Position numbers and translations under genes: made by a program. Positions 58,961 through 61,697 of a stretch of 61,697 nucleotides of DNA are shown one piece after another. The notes beneath the pieces were generated by a model. That model did not search any database. It was not told where the DNA came from and worked only from the letters and a program-made list of their open reading frames with translations. Within the stretch, counting starts at the first letter, position 1. Every line of letters begins with the position of its first letter. Source of the DNA: an uncultured Peptococcaceae bacterium (GTDB taxonomy: Bacteria; Bacillota; Desulfotomaculia; Desulfotomaculales; Desulfocucumaceae); NCBI GenBank assembly GCA_958417755.1, contig CATZDY010000001.1, forward strand, positions 1 through 61,697, written 5' to 3'.

Positions 58961-59157
58961 GGTTTAAAATTTATTTTGTGCGAATAGTGTCCCCGCTTTT
59001 GTCCATATTATACTTTCTAAAATTGGTTCAAGGCTGCATCATCTTCCATAGTAGTGCGAAGTCCGATAGAGTCATTCAGTTATGGATATTCTTTTATCCT
59101 CATGAGCATGCTTGTTCAATTCGTATATCCTACCGAATAAATTTTTTGTTTTCATAT

Positions 59158-60558
59158 CTAATTTTTTATTAACCTTAATGCTGGTTTTTCTGGCTGCCTG
59201 GGTATATCATCCTTTTTCATTGGGATATAATTTTCTTTAAAAGGAAGTTTAATGGTCACTTGGGTGTAACCATCACTTCCTCTCAGTTCAATGGTACCCT
59301 GGTAGTAATCAATTAACTTCTTGACTATGTATAAACCATATCCACGGTTTGGCGAGCTTTTTGTGGTATAGCCAAGTTCAAATAGTTGGCTTTGATGGTT
59401 GCTGGGCAGGATAACCCCGTTGTTTTTAATGATTAGTATGAATCCAGAATCATCTTTGGCAATCTCAGTATATATTTCTTTAAACTCAGCCGGCCTGACA
59501 CCTTCAAAGGCATTTTTATACAGGTGCTCCAACATATCAATAAAATCCTCGTCAACATATGCTTCCAATCCCGATATATCTCCATAATGTAAATTAAAAT
59601 CTACATTTCTTGCCTGGGCAAAGACATATTTGCTCTGATAGAAACATTGCAGTTGGGGAATCTGAATACAATCAGCAGGTGTTCCAGACACAGCATAACC
59701 CAGCATTGAGTTTACTATTTCCCGTATGCCCATATCATTATATTGTATTAAATGAGTATTGATACTGTTTATTTTTTTTGTTAAATCTTGTTTCATTTCA
59801 AGTATTGCCTTCATTAAGTCTCCATATAAAACAATTATACTGTCGTCTGCTTTATCTTTAAAAATCTTTTTCAGTTCACACTTTATGCGTTTTAGTGAAA
59901 AACAGATGACAAAAAAGTATAGCAAAAGCAGAATAGACTGCCAAAGACTAAACCAGTAAATCAGGCTATTAGTATTTGGTAAAGTTGAGATATCGTCAGT
60001 AGCTAAAAGTAAAAGATTAAAACAAAAAATTAAAAATGGTATTGCAATAACGAATAACACTGTTGTTAAGATGCTTTTATTTTGCCGGTTATTTTCAGCA
60101 ATTGTCCCGAGGTTGTATAATTGCCAGTTAAATGTTTTTATCAAGGCGATGATTCCAACACCAAAGAGTAGCATAAATAGAACCCCGAAAACATTAACCA
60201 ATGGACTGTTCAAATATTCTTCAGGGCATATCTTTAAAAGATTATATAAAATCAGCGTTATGATACTTTCAATAAAAAAATAAACATTAACTCCCATAAT
60301 AATTGCTATTGAAGATTTAAGAATATTTACTTTTGATAAATAAGAATACAGATAAATCATTACTGCAATAGGAATTATCACCTTTATTAATGAATTGCCG
60401 AACCAATACTCTAAACCAATATTGATAATAGAAACAAGAATAACGATTAGAGCTAAGTAATTGTAACGTATTTTTAAATTTAAGATTAGCAATCCCAGAG
60501 AAAGCATCATCAAATATAATGGTATTGTTAATAACAAATTCAACCATATGGGTAACAT
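59158..60558 (-). CDS. AgrC-like polytopic membrane GHKL (HATPase_c_5-type) sensor kinase homologue
   Basis: About 230 aa of 6-7 predicted TM helices. Then N-box LEHLYKNAFEG and G-box GYTTKSSPNRGYGLYIVKKLI. A TAGGTGAG SD favours ATG 60558. The track start is GTG 60567. Confidence 0.8.
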   Translation of the reverse strand: MLPIWLNLLLTIPLYLMMLSLGLLILNLKIRYNYLALIVILVSIINIGLEYWFGNSLIKVIIPIAVMIYLYSYLSKVNILKSSIAIIMGVNVYFFIESIITLILYNLLKICPEEYLNSPLVNVFGVLFMLLFGVGIIALIKTFNWQLYNLGTIAENNRQNKSILTTVLFVIAIPFLIFCFNLLLLATDDISTLPNTNSLIYWFSLWQSILLLLYFFVICFSLKRIKCELKKIFKDKADDSIIVLYGDLMKAILEMKQDLTKKINSINTHLIQYNDMGIREIVNSMLGYAVSGTPADCIQIPQLQCFYQSKYVFAQARNVDFNLHYGDISGLEAYVDEDFIDMLEHLYKNAFEGVRPAEFKEIYTEIAKDDSGFILIIKNNGVILPSNHQSQLFELGYTTKSSPNRGYGLYIVKKLIDYYQGTIELRGSDGYTQVTIKLPFKENYIPMKKDDIPRQPEKPALRLIKN

Positions 60559-60573
60559 AGTACTCACCTACAT

Positions 60574-60687
60574 TTAAATCATTTCATTATTTCCATTTAC
60601 TTCTCTATAAGGATGATGGATAAATAGAATTGTAATAACCAACCTAATGCAGCCCATAATCAATACGGATTTAACCAGGGCTGCCAC
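60574..60687 (-). CDS. candidate AgrD-like autoinducing-peptide precursor (27-37 aa, start uncertain)
   Basis: The ORF lies in the agrB-agrC gap. Its frame is open from 60723. Possible starts are GTG 60687, TTG 60663 and ATG 60657, the last 2 nt after the agrB stop. Sequence: (MAALVKSVLI)MGCIRLVITILFIHHPYREVNGNNEMI. It has a hydrophobic N-part and a 14-aa polar tail starting HHP, resembling the clostridial AgrD HQPEEP tail as I recall it. Confidence 0.35.
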   Translation of the reverse strand: MAALVKSVLIMGCIRLVITILFIHHPYREVNGNNEMI

Positions 60688-61170
60688 AGCCTTAGAACCA
60701 GAATCATAATGGTCTGGTCTGTGCTAAAATGATAATCCGGCTTAATCTTTTGTTCTTTTGCCTTTGCTGGTTTTAAAGGTCTATTTGGATGATCTATTGG
60801 CGCCCAGACATAGATGATGAAAACTGATAGTAACAATAAAATCAACATTGCCTGATCCCCATATGATTCCGGCAGATAGAAATGAAACAGAAAGGAACAA
60901 CTATACAATATCATGGTCAGCAAAAAACAACGGCCAAAGCTATCCGCGTGGTAGCCGCCGGCATAGCTTCGTAAAAAGTTAAAGAAGATACAAAGAACAC
61001 TGTACCAAGTAACTGTCCCAAACATGCTCCTACTAAAAGATAGCCGAAAAGCTTCCCAAGGTAAAAAGCAACATGGTCCAGCCATAGATATAGATTTCTT
61101 CATCTTCCTGGGGAACAACTCCTTGGCTTACCATATAGGATGTTAATCGTGAGGCGATCCTTTCCAGCAT
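60660..61170 (-). pseudogene. agrB: AgrB-family peptide-processing membrane protease, split by a 1-nt frameshift
   Basis: Frame A runs from ATG 61170 (AAAGGAGT SD) and reads MLERIASRLTSYMVSQGVVPQEDEEIYIYGWTMLLFTLGSFSAIF, then stops at 61033-61035. Frame B (the track ORF 60660-61118) continues SRSMFGTVTWYSVLCIFFNFLRSYAGGYHADSFGRC, with the AgrB His and Cys 7 residues apart. The switch occurs at a T4 run (plus-strand A4 at 61035-61038). Confidence 0.8.
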
Positions 61171-61697
61171 AATGGACTCCTTTACATTGCTATTGCTCAC
61201 TTTTAATGTCTAAATTTGGATTGATGTGCAATATTCTGCATAGATAAAAAATCTCCTTGTTGTATTTCATCTTATATATGATTTGTTGCCTTGTTAAAGA
61301 ATATCAACCTATATCCTAAAATTATCAGTTCTTTCCTGGCCATGTCCTATTTGAATTCATTCAGTATCATGTTTAAAAAACGTCATGGTTTGTGCTTGAA
61401 TATCCCCATCTTTAGGCAAAAAAATCGATAAAAATATAAAAAAGCAGCAAAGATTGACTGATGAAAGGTTGAAAAGCAAGGCAGGAAAATGCTTGACCCC
61501 GAGGGGAATGGATACAATACAAAAGCAAAGGCAATAAGGCTGATATTTAAGCAAATTGGGGCAATAGCGCCTTTAAATGGCCTTTTAGACCCTTTATTTC
61601 AAGGTTCAAACCTGTTACAATATAACAATACCTAAGGATTTTTAAATCTTTGGATACACAAATGATAAGGAGAGTGATTCTACCATCGGAGATGACG

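Noticed and set aside
61560-61625. GGTTCAAACC, a T-loop-like sequence suggesting a tRNA.
   Set aside because: No complementary acceptor-stem halves or D/anticodon arms can be drawn around it. The region more likely contains an extended -10 promoter (TGTTACAAT, 61611-61619) for a plus-strand gene starting at the window edge.
1-61697. CRISPR arrays, rRNA/tRNA genes, intact IS elements, prophage or toxin-antitoxin/defence cassettes.
   Set aside because: I scanned both strands for regularly spaced direct repeats, tRNA cloverleaf signatures, integrase or transposase-sized ORFs and paired small ORFs. Nothing convincing turned up beyond the items listed.

Overview
This 61.7-kb chromosomal window comes from a low-GC Gram-positive bacterium. 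Gene order and protein families look like a Clostridia/Peptococcaceae-type Firmicute, but the species cannot be named from sequence alone. All family calls below rest on motif recognition by eye; no database search was run.

About 85% of the window is housekeeping DNA, mostly on the + strand. As I recall it, the order matches three Bacillus-type blocks:
- yqeK-rsfS-[Leu T-box]-leuS and ylxM-ffh-rpsP-KH-ylqD-rimM-trmD
- recJ-relA-dtd ... hisS-aspS-[6S RNA]-tcdA-rarA-Rrf2-iscS-iscU-mnmA
- AI-2E permease-alaS-ireB-ruvX-DUF1292 ... mltG-U32 peptidase-PBP-trxA

Non-core patches interrupt this backbone:
1. An AMP-dependent ligase gene lies between a leucine T-box and leuS.
2. About 19.5-20.4 kb there is a non-coding, possibly IS-remnant stretch next to a lone mop gene.
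3. About 39.1-42.3 kb there is an apparently foreign, partly decayed islet: a GNAT gene with an in-frame TGA, a gene remnant, a DUF4143-type AAA ATPase and a zinc-ribbon mini-protein.
4. About 48.6-52.1 kb an insertion carries VanW, an orphan SIMIBI-type P-loop NTPase with a 560-nt leader, and small ORFs.
5. At the right end (59.1-61.2 kb, minus strand) there is an Agr-like peptide-signalling module.

The Agr-like module is the most unusual locus. Its agrB is split by a 1-nt frameshift. An unannotated AgrD-like micro-ORF overlaps the agrB stop. The AgrC-like membrane GHKL kinase appears to lack the canonical H-box histidine, and no response regulator lies next to it.

I found no CRISPR array, tRNA, rRNA, intact mobile element or recognisable defence system.
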